A program made the translations under genes and the position numbers. Below the pieces are notes generated by a model. The model was given only the letters and a program-made list of their open reading frames with translations. It searched no databases and had not been told where the DNA came from. DNA of 64,000 nucleotides from an uncultured Chloroflexia bacterium (GTDB lineage: Bacteria > Chloroflexota > Limnocylindria > Limnocylindrales > CSP1-4): the NCBI GenBank assembly GCA_963763775.1, contig CAVXPZ010000001.1, positions 480,001 through 544,000 on the forward strand. The letters are read 5' to 3'. Positions within the stretch are counted from its first letter, which is position 1. Each line of letters begins with the position of its first letter. Below are positions 1-10,589 of the stretch, piece after piece.

Positions 1-1
1 G

Positions 2-943
2 ATCGAGCCGTACGACGCGGGGATGCTGGACGTCGGCGATGGCCAGGTCATCTACTGGGAGACGTCCGGGAACCCGGCCGGCAAGCCGGCCATCGCCTTG
101 CATGGCGGCCCGGGCAGCGGGAGCACGCCGGGTCGGCGTCGCTGGTTCGACCCTGACCGGTACCGGATCGTGCAATTCGACCAGCGCGGCTGCGGCCGAA
201 GCACCCCGCACGTGGGCGACCTCTCCGTCGAGCTCACGGACAACACGACCCATCACCTGATCGCCGACATCGAGCGGCTGCGTGAGCACCTCGGGATCGA
301 GCGATGGCTGGTCTGGGGCGCGTCCTGGGGCGTGACCCTCGCGCTGGCGTATGCCGAACGGTTCCCGGCACGCGTCACGGAGATGGTCCTGCTCTCCATC
401 ACGATGACGCGGCGGTCCGACGTGCGCTGGTTCGCGCACGACACCGGCCGGTTCTTCCCGGAGGAGTGGGGACGGTTCCGGGCCGGCGTGCCCGAAGCGG
501 AGCGTGACGGCGATCTCGTCGCCGCCTACGACCGCCTGATCAACGGTGACGCGGACCCAGCCGTCCGTCTCCAGGCCGTGCGCGACTGGGTGGCCTGGGA
601 GGACGCGATCCTCTCCCTCGAGGATGGCTACGTGTCGCCCCACCCGCGCTGGTCCGACGAGCGGTACATGATCGCGTTCGCGCGGCTCGTGACGCACTAC
701 TTCTCGCATGGGGCGTGGCTCGAGGAGGGTGAGATCCTGGCGAAGGCCGCCCGGCTCGCCGGGATCCCGGCGCTCCTCGTGCACGGGCGCCTGGACCTTG
801 CCGGCCCGCCGGATGTCGCCTGGGCGCTCGCCCAGGCCTGGCCGGACGCGGACCTGCACTTCATCGCCGGTGGACACACGGGTGACGCCGAGATGGACCG
901 CCTGCTGCTCGAGGCCACGGACCGGTTCGCCGCCAGGTCCTGA
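2..943 (+). CDS. pip: Proline iminopeptidase (S33), 5' end probably outside window
   Basis: LHGGPG, FDQRGCGRSTP, GASWG nucleophile motif; frame open from base 2 (IEPYDAGM...). Confidence 0.9.
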   Translation: MEPYDAGMLDVGDGQVIYWETSGNPAGKPAIALHGGPGSGSTPGRRRWFDPDRYRIVQFDQRGCGRSTPHVGDLSVELTDNTTHHLIADIERLREHLGIERWLVWGASWGVTLALAYAERFPARVTEMVLLSITMTRRSDVRWFAHDTGRFFPEEWGRFRAGVPEAERDGDLVAAYDRLINGDADPAVRLQAVRDWVAWEDAILSLEDGYVSPHPRWSDERYMIAFARLVTHYFSHGAWLEEGEILAKAARLAGIPALLVHGRLDLAGPPDVAWALAQAWPDADLHFIAGGHTGDAEMDRLLLEATDRFAARS

Positions 944-976
944 GGTGCCCGCCCTTCGAAGGCCGGCTCGCCCGGG

Positions 977-1894
977 CTAGCTCGTCGCCTCCGGACCCGC
1001 GACGCCGCCCCCGGCCAACGCGTCGATCACGGGGCCGACCTGCGGCGGCAGGTGCCCGGCCGCCAGGAATCGTCGCAGGTGCTCCGCACTCCGTGGCTCG
1101 GCCGCCCGCGCCTCCGCGAAGAGGCCTCGAGCCTCGTCGACGCGGCCGGCCCCGGCGACCATGACAGCGGTCCACAGCGTGATCTGGTCGTCGTCGGGGG
1201 CGAGCGCGTGGGCCTCCTCCATCGCCGCGGCGGCCGTGGCGAGGTCGCCGGCCCTCGCGGGCGCCTCCGACCGGTCGAACGCCTCGTAGGCGCGCGCCAG
1301 GCGGAGCAGGCGGGCCAGCTCGTCGAGCGGGACGCGATGGTCCTCGACCCGAAGGTCGTACGTCGTCGCCCAGGCGGGTCCGGACGCCGGCACGACGAGC
1401 AGGGCCGCCGACTGCCGCCCGCGGACGTCGCCGCCTTCGGCTTCCGCGGCCCGCAGGGCCGCCATCAACCGGTCCGCGAGGTGGCCGGAGGTGGACCGAA
1501 ACGCCGCCTCCATGGCCGGCCACACGCTGGCGCGTTCCATCATGTTGGCCTGGATCGCCAGGCCGTCGGCGATGACGTGACCGGCCTGGGCGACGCACCG
1601 GGCGCCGGTGAACGACGCCGACCGACCCATCGCGTCGACGATGCCGACCTGGCGGACCTCGCGGTCGTAGTCATCCGCGAGCAGGTCGTCGAGGACAGCC
1701 GGCGCCGCCTCGCCCGTGCGCATCCGCGCCAGGCCCAGCGGGCCATAGCTCTTGAGCGAGAACGACTGCGTGGCGACCGCGCCGATGCCCGGCTCGGCCC
1801 ACGGGACGGTCTCGCCGACATTGGGCCACCGCGTCTGGACCGCCACACCGAGTTCCCCGGTCACCGGGTCGCGGGCCACGATCGAGTACGTCAT
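977..1894 (-). CDS. DUF1028 (Ntn-hydrolase-like) protein with C-terminal TPR-like helices
   Basis: MTYSIVARDP..GELGVAVQ start, GAVATQS, GGDVRGRQSAAL, DLRVEDH. Confidence 0.85.
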   Translation of the reverse strand: MTYSIVARDPVTGELGVAVQTRWPNVGETVPWAEPGIGAVATQSFSLKSYGPLGLARMRTGEAAPAVLDDLLADDYDREVRQVGIVDAMGRSASFTGARCVAQAGHVIADGLAIQANMMERASVWPAMEAAFRSTSGHLADRLMAALRAAEAEGGDVRGRQSAALLVVPASGPAWATTYDLRVEDHRVPLDELARLLRLARAYEAFDRSEAPARAGDLATAAAAMEEAHALAPDDDQITLWTAVMVAGAGRVDEARGLFAEARAAEPRSAEHLRRFLAAGHLPPQVGPVIDALAGGGVAGPEATS

Positions 1895-1909
1895 CGGGCG
1901 CTCCTTGGT

Positions 1910-2351
1910 CTACGCCGGGATCGGCTCGAGGACGAAGACGGGGATCTGCCGCGTGGTCCGGGTCTGGTACTTCGCGTAGTCCGGCCAGGCGGCCACGGCG
2001 CGCTCCCACCAGATCGACCGCTCGGGCCCGACCGCCTCCCGGGCGAGGTAGTCGCCCTTGGCCGCCCCGTCCTGCAGCTCGACGTGGGGGTTCGCCACGA
2101 GGTTGTGATACCAGACCGGGTGCTTCTCGGCGCCGCCATCAGAGGCGACGACCGCGTACGTCCCCTCGTGCTCGACTCGCATCAGGGCGGTCTTGCGCAG
2201 CTTGCCGGTCCGGGCCCCGACGGATCGTCAGGACGATGATCGGCCGTCCGCGCAGCTCCGCCGACTGCCGGCCGTCGGTGGCCTCGTAGCGCTCGGCCTG
2301 CTTCCGTGCCCACGCGGCGGTGCTCGGTGCGTAGTCTCCCTCGAGCGGCAT
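1910..2351 (-). CDS. Deazaflavin (F420)-dependent nitroreductase family (Ddn-like), frameshifted near 2220
   Basis: [12 protein letters not shown]-terminus (ORF 2139..2351) continues as [39 protein letters not shown] (ORF 1910..2182). Confidence 0.85.
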
Positions 2352-2358
2352 CGGCGAA

Positions 2359-3043
2359 TCATCGCACCCGCGGACCTCCCGCGCCGCCGCTCATCGGCCG
2401 GAGCGTGTACACGCGCGCCCGTCGATGGGCGAGGTCCTCGAGCTCGGATGTCGTCCGGACGTCGTAGGCGGCGACCTCGACGAGGTCGGCGACCGGGAGG
2501 AACCGCCGTCCCGGATCCCCGACGAGGATGTCGATGCCGCGATCCTCGGCGCGGCGGAGCCACGGGAGCACGCGCGCCGCGAACGTCGCCTCGTACCACG
2601 CGTCACCCACGATGACCACGTCGACATCCGGCGGGTCGTCGTCCAGGACGTCGCGCGCGCAGCGCCCCGACGCGCACGCGGTTGGCACGAGCGTTCAGGG
2701 GGATCGCCGCGATGGCATAGGGGTCGATGTCCACGCCGGTCGCCGCGGCCGCGCCGGCGCGCATCGCCGCGATCGCGCACAGCCCGGAACCGGACGCGAG
2801 GTCGAAGACGCGTCGACCCGCCACCGCCTCTGGGTGATCGGCGAGATACCGGGCGAGGGCGAGACCACCGCCCCAGGCGACCGCCCAGTAGGGGAGGGGC
2901 GCGTCGGGATCGCCCGATGCCTGCTGGAGGGCATGCCAGACGGGCAGCACGTCGTCGGCGAGGTGCAGTCGGATCGCCGGCACGTCCGGGACGGGCCGGA
3001 GCGTGGTGTGGCGAAGCACGAAGGCTCGGGCGGACGTGGCCAT
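2359..3043 (-). CDS. Class I SAM-dependent methyltransferase (predicted nicotinamide N-methylase/ETFB-KMT-like), frameshifted near 2670
   Basis: PYWAVAWGGGLALARY, VFDLASGSGL, DIDPYA, then GDAWYE..LVGDPGR in a second frame. Confidence 0.8.
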
Positions 3044-3120
3044 CGTCCGACTCTACGCCACGGCGAGGGACGGATCGGCGTGCGATGATCGGCGCGCCCC
3101 ACGATCCGAGGAGAAGTCCC

Positions 3121-3489
3121 ATGGCCGGCCCCACCACCGTCGACGAGTACATCGCCGCGCTCCCGAAGGAGCGGCGTGCGACCGTGGTGCAGTTGCGGCG
3201 GACCGTGACGGTCGCGGCCCCCGGTGCCACCGAGACGATCGCCTACCAGATGCCGGCCCTCCGGAGTCACGGCGACCAGTTCCTGATGTCCTACGCCGCG
3301 TACAAGCACCACTACAGCCTCTTCCCCGCGAGCGGCGCCGTCATCGAGGCGCTGGGCGACGCGCTGACCCCGTACCTCGCCGGGAAGGGGACCATCCGGT
3401 TCCCGGCGGACCAGCCGCTCCCGGTCGATCTCGTGACCAGGGTCGTCCAGGTCCGGGTCGCCGAGAACGCCGCGAAGGCGAAGGGCTGA
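3121..3489 (+). CDS. DUF1801/YdhG-like protein
   Basis: TVDEYIAALP, ETIAYQMP, AYKHHYSLFP, KGTIRFP; gaggag RBS upstream. Confidence 0.85.
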   Translation: MAGPTTVDEYIAALPKERRATVVQLRRTVTVAAPGATETIAYQMPALRSHGDQFLMSYAAYKHHYSLFPASGAVIEALGDALTPYLAGKGTIRFPADQPLPVDLVTRVVQVRVAENAAKAKG

Positions 3490-3526
3490 GGGCGCATCCG
3501 CGCTGATCCGAGGAGGGACTCCGGCG

Positions 3527-4225
3527 TTGTCGACCGAAACCGTCACCGGGCTGCTGCTGATCCTCGTCCCGATCGCCTTCAATCTCGCGTTCTTCGAGCT
3601 CGGCCGCGCGTTCGACTACCCGGACATCCTTCGCAAGGAGCCCGACGAGATCCTCCGACGGTTCGCCGCGGGCGGCGCGGGGCTGATCCTGCGCTGGGAA
3701 GCCCTGCTCCTCAGCGCGTTCCTGATGCTCCCGCTCGCGGCGCTCGTGGCCGTGGTCCTGGGTGCGGCGCCCGCGCTCACGGCCCTCTCGATCGTGATCG
3801 GTGCGGCGGCGGCCCTCGTGCAGTCGCTGGGCCTCGTCCGGTGGCCGTTCGCCGTGCCCGAGCTGGCCCGGCGGTACGTCGCGGCGCCGGACGGTCCGGA
3901 CGGTGACGCGACCCGTCGCACGGTGGAAGTCGTCTTCGCCACGCTCCATCGGCTCCTCGGGGTCGGGATCGGCGAGCATCTCGGGTATCTCTGCACCGGC
4001 CTGTGGACACTGCTCGTGGCGGCGTCGATGCTCACGACGGATGTCGTCCCGTCGTGGCTGGGCGTCATCGGTGTCCCAATCGGCCTGGCGCTCCTCGTCG
4101 GCACCCTCGAATTCGTCGGGCCGAACGAGCCGGACGGCTGGCCGCTCGCCGGGATGATCGTGCCGATCGCGTACATCGCCTGGTCGGTCTGGCTCATCGC
4201 GTTCGGCGTCCTCCTCCTGGTCTGA
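3527..4225 (+). CDS. DUF4386-like membrane protein
   Basis: FDYPDILR motif, GEHLGY, several TM helices; TTG start after ggagg. Confidence 0.7.
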   Translation: MSTETVTGLLLILVPIAFNLAFFELGRAFDYPDILRKEPDEILRRFAAGGAGLILRWEALLLSAFLMLPLAALVAVVLGAAPALTALSIVIGAAAALVQSLGLVRWPFAVPELARRYVAAPDGPDGDATRRTVEVVFATLHRLLGVGIGEHLGYLCTGLWTLLVAASMLTTDVVPSWLGVIGVPIGLALLVGTLEFVGPNEPDGWPLAGMIVPIAYIAWSVWLIAFGVLLLV

Positions 4226-4374
4226 CGGGCGATCGCCGAGGGCGGGCCGGACCTCGCGCCGCCGTCGAAGCTGTCTAGTGGCGGGCCTTTCGGCCTATTG
4301 GCGCTTCCGCGACGCGGTGGTTGCCTCGAATCACGGCCGCGAGTCCACGACGGCCGATCGAGGAGGTCACGCCG

Positions 4375-5549
4375 ATGCCGATCGTGCGCGCGGGTCCGAA
4401 CCAGTACCTGTTGGTGGGGCGCGGGGGAGGGCTCGAGAACCGGGGTTCGGCCGTCCAGGCGATCCTTCGCCCGGGCACCATCTACGTCCTCGATCCCGAG
4501 CACGAAGCAGGAGGCCGCGTTCGAGTTCACGCAGGAGACGAAGGACGGCATCCCGCTCCGGTTCAAGGGCACGGTCATCTACCGGATCACGGACCCGGGC
4601 GCCGCCGCCCGACTCTTCGACTTCAGCGGTGGGGACGGCGTCGGGCAGATCACCACGCTCCTCACCCATGTCTGCCTCGGTGAGCTGCGCCACGCCGTCT
4701 CGCACATGACGATGGTCGAGTGCATCGAGCAGCGCAAGACCACGCTCAGCGGCGTCGTCGAGACGGCGATGCAGGCGACCATCCGCGACGGCGACGAGCA
4801 GGGGCGTGCCTGGGGGATCGACGTCGAGGTCGCCCAGGTCGCCCAGGTCTTCATCGTCGACGCGGCCCTCCGGCAGCAGCTGGAGGCCGAAGTCCGCAAC
4901 GACATCAAGCTCAAGAGCGATCAGTCGGACATCCGGTCGAAGCAGGAGATCCGGCTGGCCGAGCTGGCTGCCGAGGGCCGCGTCCAGGAGCAGAAGCTCG
5001 CCAGTGACCGGGACGTGCTGCGACGCGAGGAAGCGCTGGAGATGGCGACGATCGAGCGGGAGCGGCGCCGGCAGACCGAGGCCCTCGCCACCGAACAGCA
5101 GGCCCTGGAGCTCGCCCGAGAGCGATCCCACGGGCAGCTGGCGGCCGACCTGGACCGCGTGGACTCCGGAGACGCCCGTTCGGCTGCACGAGATCGAGCG
5201 GCAGGGCGCGGTCCTCCGCGAGACGCTGGAACTCCGCCGGCTCCAGCACCAGGTCCAGGCGCTCGAAGTCGAGCGCGACCTGCTGCTCGCCCGTGCCCAG
5301 CAGGACATGCGTCGCGAAATGCTCCCGCTCGAACAGGCACCTCGGATCGTGGAGGCGGCCTCGGGCGTCCTCCGCGGCACGAACCTGTCGATCTACGGCG
5401 AGGACGGCCAGCTGCTCGGGCAGCTCGCGCCGATCTTCGACCTGCTGACCCGTGCTGTGGGCCAGGCAACGCAAGGCGTCGCGCCGGCCGTCCCGCCGGT
5501 TGCGGAGCCGGTGGCTGCCGACGCGGGTGCCGGAGCGGACGCTCGCTGA
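4375..5549 (+). CDS. SPFH/band-7 (flotillin-like) protein, two frameshifts (~4490, ~5165)
   Basis: aggagg RBS; QETKDGIPLRFKG, WGIDVEVAQV SPFH core, then coiled-coil tail, spread over three ORFs. Confidence 0.75.
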
Positions 5550-5580
5550 AGCGGGCCGCCGTGGCGGGTACCCTAGGCCG

Positions 5581-6288
5581 ATGGAGCCACGGATCCTCGG
5601 CATCGTGGGCGGCGTCGGTCCGGAGTCGACGATCGACTACTACCGGTCGATCGTCTCGGGCTGGCGCCGGCGCCGGCCCGACGGCACGTTCCCGCGGGTC
5701 ACCATCGCGAGCGTGGACGGCGGGACGGTCATCGCGCAGCTCGGTGCCGGCGAGTTCGAGGCCGTCGGACGGGCGTTCGGGGCGGCGGTCTCGGAACTCG
5801 CCGCCGCCGGGTGCGGGCGAGCCCTGATCGCGTCCAACGCCGGCCATCTCGCGTTCGAGCACCTTGCGCCCTCGCCGGCGATCGGGCTCATCCACATCGT
5901 CGATGCCGCGCGTGACGCGGCGCTCGCCGCGGGCCACCGACGGCTCGGGATCATCGGGACGACGTTCGTCATGCGGTCGAGCCTGTTCACGGACCGCATG
6001 GTCCCGGCCGGCATCGAGGTGATCGTGCCGTCGCCCGAGGAACAGGACATCGTGCACGGGATCTACCTCGGCGAGCTCGTGGAAGGCGTGTTCCGCGACG
6101 AGAGCCGGGACCGCGTGGTCGCGGTGATCGCCGCGATGCGAGACCGCGACGGGATCGACGGGGTCATCCTCGGCGGGACGGAGTTGGCGTTGATCCTGAC
6201 CGAGCCGACCTACGCCGCCGTGCCGATCCTCAACACGGCACGGATCCACATCGAGGCGGCCGTCGACTGGCTGCTCGGCCAGGCGTAG
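5581..6288 (+). CDS. Aspartate/glutamate racemase family protein
   Basis: LGIVGGVGPESTIDYY, ASNAGH, ILGGTEL; the usual catalytic cysteines are absent. Confidence 0.85.
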   Translation: MEPRILGIVGGVGPESTIDYYRSIVSGWRRRRPDGTFPRVTIASVDGGTVIAQLGAGEFEAVGRAFGAAVSELAAAGCGRALIASNAGHLAFEHLAPSPAIGLIHIVDAARDAALAAGHRRLGIIGTTFVMRSSLFTDRMVPAGIEVIVPSPEEQDIVHGIYLGELVEGVFRDESRDRVVAVIAAMRDRDGIDGVILGGTELALILTEPTYAAVPILNTARIHIEAAVDWLLGQA

Positions 6289-6324
6289 CGACCGCGGATG
6301 GCGGTGCGCGCGTCGGGCCGGAGC

Positions 6325-8106
6325 TCAGGCCTCCCGGCTCAGGATGACGACGCCGTAGGGACCGACCGAGACGCGGCCGCTCTGGTCGAACCCGTCCGCC
6401 GGCGGGCCGTCCGCCTCGAGGTCGAAGACGTCGTGGCTGCCGAACTCCGGGTCGTAGGTGGACGCATCGGCGTTGAACCGGACGTTCCAGCGGCCCGGCG
6501 CGGGCAAGCCCAGCGGGAGGTCGTCGACGGTCCGATCGGCGAAGTTCGCGATCACGACCGTGTCGTCGTGCGGCCCGCCGTCCATCCACCGGTGCATGGC
6601 GAGCAGTTTGGCGTCGTCATCGGCACGGATGATGGCGACATTGGAACCCCGCAGGCCGCGGGTGACGCCGTCGCGATCGCGGCGAAGGGCGATGAGGTCG
6701 CGGTGCAGGCGAAGGATCCCGCGGTTCGTGCTCGCCTTCTCCCAGTCGAGGGCCACCGTGTCGTCGAACCACCGGTCCTCAAGCAGTTCCTGTCCCTGGA
6801 ACAGCATCGGCATGCCAGGAGAGGTGAGGACGAGGGCCGATCCGAGGACGGACCGCTTCTTCGCCCACCAGTCGTCAGCGGTTCCCGGCGAGATCTCCTC
6901 GGGGACGCGGGTCCGTCCATTGGCGACCTCGTCGTGCGATTCGGTGTAGATGACCCGCTGGAGCGCCGCGCCGCGGCCTTCGCCGAGGATCGCGGTCACG
7001 ACGTCGTCGATGTCGCGGTCCGCATCGTCGGAGGCGACCAACGCCGGACGGACCCGATAGATGAACCCGGCGTCCCACTGCGCGTCGAACCCCGCGCCGC
7101 CCTCGTCGGTGGGCGTCGTCAGGGCAGGGTCGTCCCGCATGTCCTCGGCGATGCTGATCTTCCAGGGCTGGCGGCCTCGGATCTCGTCGGTCAGCCACGC
7201 CAGGAAGGACCAGCCGTCCGGGAGCGCTGACGCCGGGTCGCCCGGGTCGCCATCCACGGTCCGGATGTTCACGGTCGCGTCGAAGCGGAGGCCGTCGCAA
7301 CGGAACTCCTCGAGCCACGTCAGGGCGCTGTCCCGCAGGAACGTGCGCACCTCGCCGCGGCCGTAGTCGGGACGAGTGTCGCCCCACGGCGTGACGGCAC
7401 GGTCGTCGTTGTAGACGTAGATCCCGCCGCCGTCGTCCTCGTGCCAGCCGTCGAACCGCCAGAGGTCGAGATCGGACGGCCCGAGATGGTTGTAGACGAC
7501 GTCGACGATCACCGCGATCCCATGGGTGTGTGCGTCGCGGACGAATCGCTTGAACGCATCCGGGCCGCCGTAGCCGGATTCGATCGCGAACAGGTGCGCC
7601 GGGTTGTACCCCCACGAGACATCACCGGCGAATTCGAACGGGGGCATCACCTGGACGGCGGAGACGCCGAGTCGCTCGAGGTAGGGGAGGCGCCGGCGGG
7701 CCGCGTCGAACGTTCCGCGCCGGTCTTCGGTGGCGGCGAACGTCCCGATGTGCATCTCGTAGATGACCAGGTCGTCCCATGAGGGCGTGCTGAACGCGTC
7801 GTCGCCCCAGTCGAAGGCCGCCGGGTCGTAGACGATGCTGTTCCCGACCGAGTTGGTGACGTGGCGGGCGTACGGATCCATGCGCGACAGGTCGCCGTCG
7901 TTCGTCCGGATCGTGAAGCGATACTCCGCACCGGCCTCGACCCCGTCCACGTCCGTGGACCACACGCCGCTCGAGCCGTCACCGTCAAGGCGCAAGGCGG
8001 TCCGGTCCTGCGCCCAGTCGTCGAACGAGCCGGTCACGAACACCGCGCTCGCGTGGGGCGCCCACACGCGGAACGTGGTCCCGCCGGCGTACGGGATCGC
8101 GCCCAT
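6325..8106 (-). CDS. GH13 glycoside hydrolase with CBM48 (TreZ/GlgB-like)
   Basis: TTFRVWAP, IYEMHIGTF, SWGYNP, DVVYNH, DGLRFDA, IAED, ESHDE, MLFQGQE. Confidence 0.85.
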   Translation of the reverse strand: MGAIPYAGGTTFRVWAPHASAVFVTGSFDDWAQDRTALRLDGDGSSGVWSTDVDGVEAGAEYRFTIRTNDGDLSRMDPYARHVTNSVGNSIVYDPAAFDWGDDAFSTPSWDDLVIYEMHIGTFAATEDRRGTFDAARRRLPYLERLGVSAVQVMPPFEFAGDVSWGYNPAHLFAIESGYGGPDAFKRFVRDAHTHGIAVIVDVVYNHLGPSDLDLWRFDGWHEDDGGGIYVYNDDRAVTPWGDTRPDYGRGEVRTFLRDSALTWLEEFRCDGLRFDATVNIRTVDGDPGDPASALPDGWSFLAWLTDEIRGRQPWKISIAEDMRDDPALTTPTDEGGAGFDAQWDAGFIYRVRPALVASDDADRDIDDVVTAILGEGRGAALQRVIYTESHDEVANGRTRVPEEISPGTADDWWAKKRSVLGSALVLTSPGMPMLFQGQELLEDRWFDDTVALDWEKASTNRGILRLHRDLIALRRDRDGVTRGLRGSNVAIIRADDDAKLLAMHRWMDGGPHDDTVVIANFADRTVDDLPLGLPAPGRWNVRFNADASTYDPEFGSHDVFDLEADGPPADGFDQSGRVSVGPYGVVILSREA

Positions 8107-8129
8107 GCCCGGGCGACTCGATGGAGCCT

Positions 8130-8975
8130 TCAGGCGGACGGTTCCTCCGGGATCACCGCGCGCAGGAACTCGTCCAGCCCCTCGCCGGAGCCGATGAGCC
8201 GCAGGGCTCGGGCCGCGGTGGTGTCGAGGCTGCGGTCGTAGTCCTCGCCGTACGTGACGGCGGCGATGCTCAGATGGGCTCGCAGCGCCGCGCGCGCCGC
8301 ATCGGCGTCACGTGCCTCGATCGCGTCGTAGGCGACCCGGTGGTACGGCGCACTCTGGCGGATGACCTCGCGGTCGCCGGCGCTGCGGACCATCAGCTCC
8401 ACGGTCAACCCCCGGATCGAGGCGAACATCGTCTCGATCATCGGGTTGTGCGACGCGGCGACGAGCGCGGTGTGGAAGGCCAGGTCGTTCCGGACCCGGT
8501 CGAGCGGTGTCGCGCTGTTCTCGAGGCGTTCCAGCGCCACGCCGAGGGCGGCGAGGTCGTCGGCGTCGGCATGCTGTGTCGCGAGCGCGGCGGCCTCGGT
8601 CTCGAGCATGAGCCGGGCCTCGGACAGCTGGCGAGCGGTGGTGCCGCGGCGCCGGTACTCGAGGTCCAGGGGCTGGAACCGGCGCGGTGCCGTGCCGCTC
8701 AGCACGAAGGCCCCTCGGCCAGCCTCCACCTCGATGAGTCCGCGTTCGATGAGCGAGCGGAGCGCCTCCCGGACCATCGGCCGGCTGGCCCCGAACTCGA
8801 CCGCGAGGTGGCGCTCGGACGGAAGCCGGTCGCCCGCCGCGAGCTCGCCGGAGAGGATCCGCTCCGCCAACGCGCCCGCGATCGCGTCACCCGAATTCCT
8901 CGATGCGTCCGCGAAGGCCGCGCCGCGGCGAGGCGACGGCTCCACGCGGACCGGTCGTGACTCGGTGTCGCTCAA
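8130..8975 (-). CDS. FadR/GntR family transcriptional regulator
   Basis: GDRLPSERHLA..SRPMVREAL wHTH; FCD domain (DLAFH..ASHNP). Confidence 0.9.
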   Translation of the reverse strand: MSDTESRPVRVEPSPRRGAAFADASRNSGDAIAGALAERILSGELAAGDRLPSERHLAVEFGASRPMVREALRSLIERGLIEVEAGRGAFVLSGTAPRRFQPLDLEYRRRGTTARQLSEARLMLETEAAALATQHADADDLAALGVALERLENSATPLDRVRNDLAFHTALVAASHNPMIETMFASIRGLTVELMVRSAGDREVIRQSAPYHRVAYDAIEARDADAARAALRAHLSIAAVTYGEDYDRSLDTTAARALRLIGSGEGLDEFLRAVIPEEPSA

Positions 8976-9041
8976 GGACTCCTGGACCTCCTGAGAGTGG
9001 TGATTGACGCCAGATTAGCCGCCGTGGCACCATCATGCGAC

Positions 9042-9061
9042 TGGTATGACCGGTATGACCA
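9042..9061. promoter_or_regulatory. Tandem GGTATGACC repeats, FadR-type operator between divergent GntR and kinase genes
   Basis: TGGTATGACCGGTATGACCA matches the TGGT-N3-ACCA FadR-family pattern twice; TTGACG at 9004. Confidence 0.65.
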
Positions 9062-9095
9062 CTTGACGCGAGGCAAGATGGGTGGCAAGGGATCG

Positions 9096-10589
9096 ATGAC
9101 CGAACCCGGGGCGATCAGCCCGGAGCGTGCCGAGCGGCCGCTGGTGCTCGCCGTGGACATCGGGTCGTCGTCGGTGCGCGCCGCGATCCACGACCGCCGG
9201 GGACGGACCGTTCGCGGATGCGTCGCACGGGTCCGGTACACCTGGGAGGCCGGCCCGGACGGCGCGGTCCGGCTGCCCCTTCCGACGGCATTGGATCTGG
9301 TGGGGGAGGCCCTGGACCGGATCGCGGTCATCGCGGGAGCCCTGGCTGGTGAGGTGGTCGCCGGCGGCATCTCGTGCTTCTTCCACAGCATCGTCGGCCT
9401 CGACGGGTCCGGCCATGCGGTGACGCCGGTGCTGTCGTGGTCCGACACGACGAGCGCCCGCGATGCGGCCGTCCTCCGCGGACAGGTCGACGCGGCCGCG
9501 GTCCATGCCTGTACCGGGGCGCCGATCCATGCGAGCTACTGGCCGGCGAGGGTCCGTCGCCTGCGACGGGAGCGGCCGACGATCCGCCGCTGGGCGGGCC
9601 TTCCGGACCTGCTCGTGGGCTCGATGACGGGGCGAGCTGTCGTCAGCCGATCGATGGCTTCCGGGACGGGGCTCCTCGACCGCGCCCGAGGTTCGTGGGC
9701 AGAGGGGCTGCTGGAGCAGATCGGAGTCGCACCGAGCCAGCTGCCGGCGATCGTCGGCGACGACGAGCCCGTCGGGCCGCTGGCGGGCGCGGCCGCGGAT
9801 CGGTGGCCGTCGTTCGCGAAGGCGTCGTGGTTCCCGGCCTGGGGCGACGGCGCCTGTGGCAATGTCGGCCTCGGAGCGGTCCGTCCGGGGTCGGCGGCGC
9901 TCATGGTGGGCACCTCTGGCGCGCTGCGAACCGTCGTGCCGGTGCCGGCCCCGGCGGTCGGCCCAGGGTTGTTCGCCTATCGCCTCGGCGACGGCACGCT
10001 ACTCGGCGGTCAGCTGAGCGAGGGCGGTGGGGTGCTCGCATGGGCGAGCCAGCTGCTCCGTCGGTCGCCCGCCGAGCTCGACCGGGCCGCCGAGAGGCTG
10101 GATGCCGACGCCCACGGGCTGACAGTCCTGCCCTATACCGTCGGTGAGCGCGGCATCGGCTACCACGACGACGCCCGTGGTGCCTTCGTCGGATTGACGG
10201 CCGGGACGGACGCCGCCGCCATCCATCGCGCGCTCCTCGAATCCATCGCCTACGGCTTTGTCGCGATCGACGAGCGCCTCTCCGAGACGTCGCCATCGCC
10301 GCTCGCCGTCACCGCGTCGGGCGGCGCCTTGACGCACTCCCCGCTCCTCGCACAGATCCTGGCCGACGTGCTCGGCCGGGACATCGCCCTGGCGCGCGGC
10401 GCGGAGGCATCCCGGCGCGGCGCGGCACTCCTGGCGCTGCAGGGGGCCGGGGTGGTGGACTCGCTCGAGTCGGTGCCGGGTCCGGTGACCCAAGACGTAC
10501 GCTTCGATCCCGACCGGTCCGCGCGCTACCGGGCCGCACGCGCGCGGCAGGAGCGTTTGTACGACTTGGTGCTGGGGCGGCCGTCATGA
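9096..10589 (+). CDS. FGGY carbohydrate kinase (gluconokinase-like)
   Basis: LAVDIGSSSVRA, SWSDT, GDGACGNVG, VGTSGALR, GER, ASGG. Confidence 0.85.
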   Translation: MTEPGAISPERAERPLVLAVDIGSSSVRAAIHDRRGRTVRGCVARVRYTWEAGPDGAVRLPLPTALDLVGEALDRIAVIAGALAGEVVAGGISCFFHSIVGLDGSGHAVTPVLSWSDTTSARDAAVLRGQVDAAAVHACTGAPIHASYWPARVRRLRRERPTIRRWAGLPDLLVGSMTGRAVVSRSMASGTGLLDRARGSWAEGLLEQIGVAPSQLPAIVGDDEPVGPLAGAAADRWPSFAKASWFPAWGDGACGNVGLGAVRPGSAALMVGTSGALRTVVPVPAPAVGPGLFAYRLGDGTLLGGQLSEGGGVLAWASQLLRRSPAELDRAAERLDADAHGLTVLPYTVGERGIGYHDDARGAFVGLTAGTDAAAIHRALLESIAYGFVAIDERLSETSPSPLAVTASGGALTHSPLLAQILADVLGRDIALARGAEASRRGAALLALQGAGVVDSLESVPGPVTQDVRFDPDRSARYRAARARQERLYDLVLGRPS

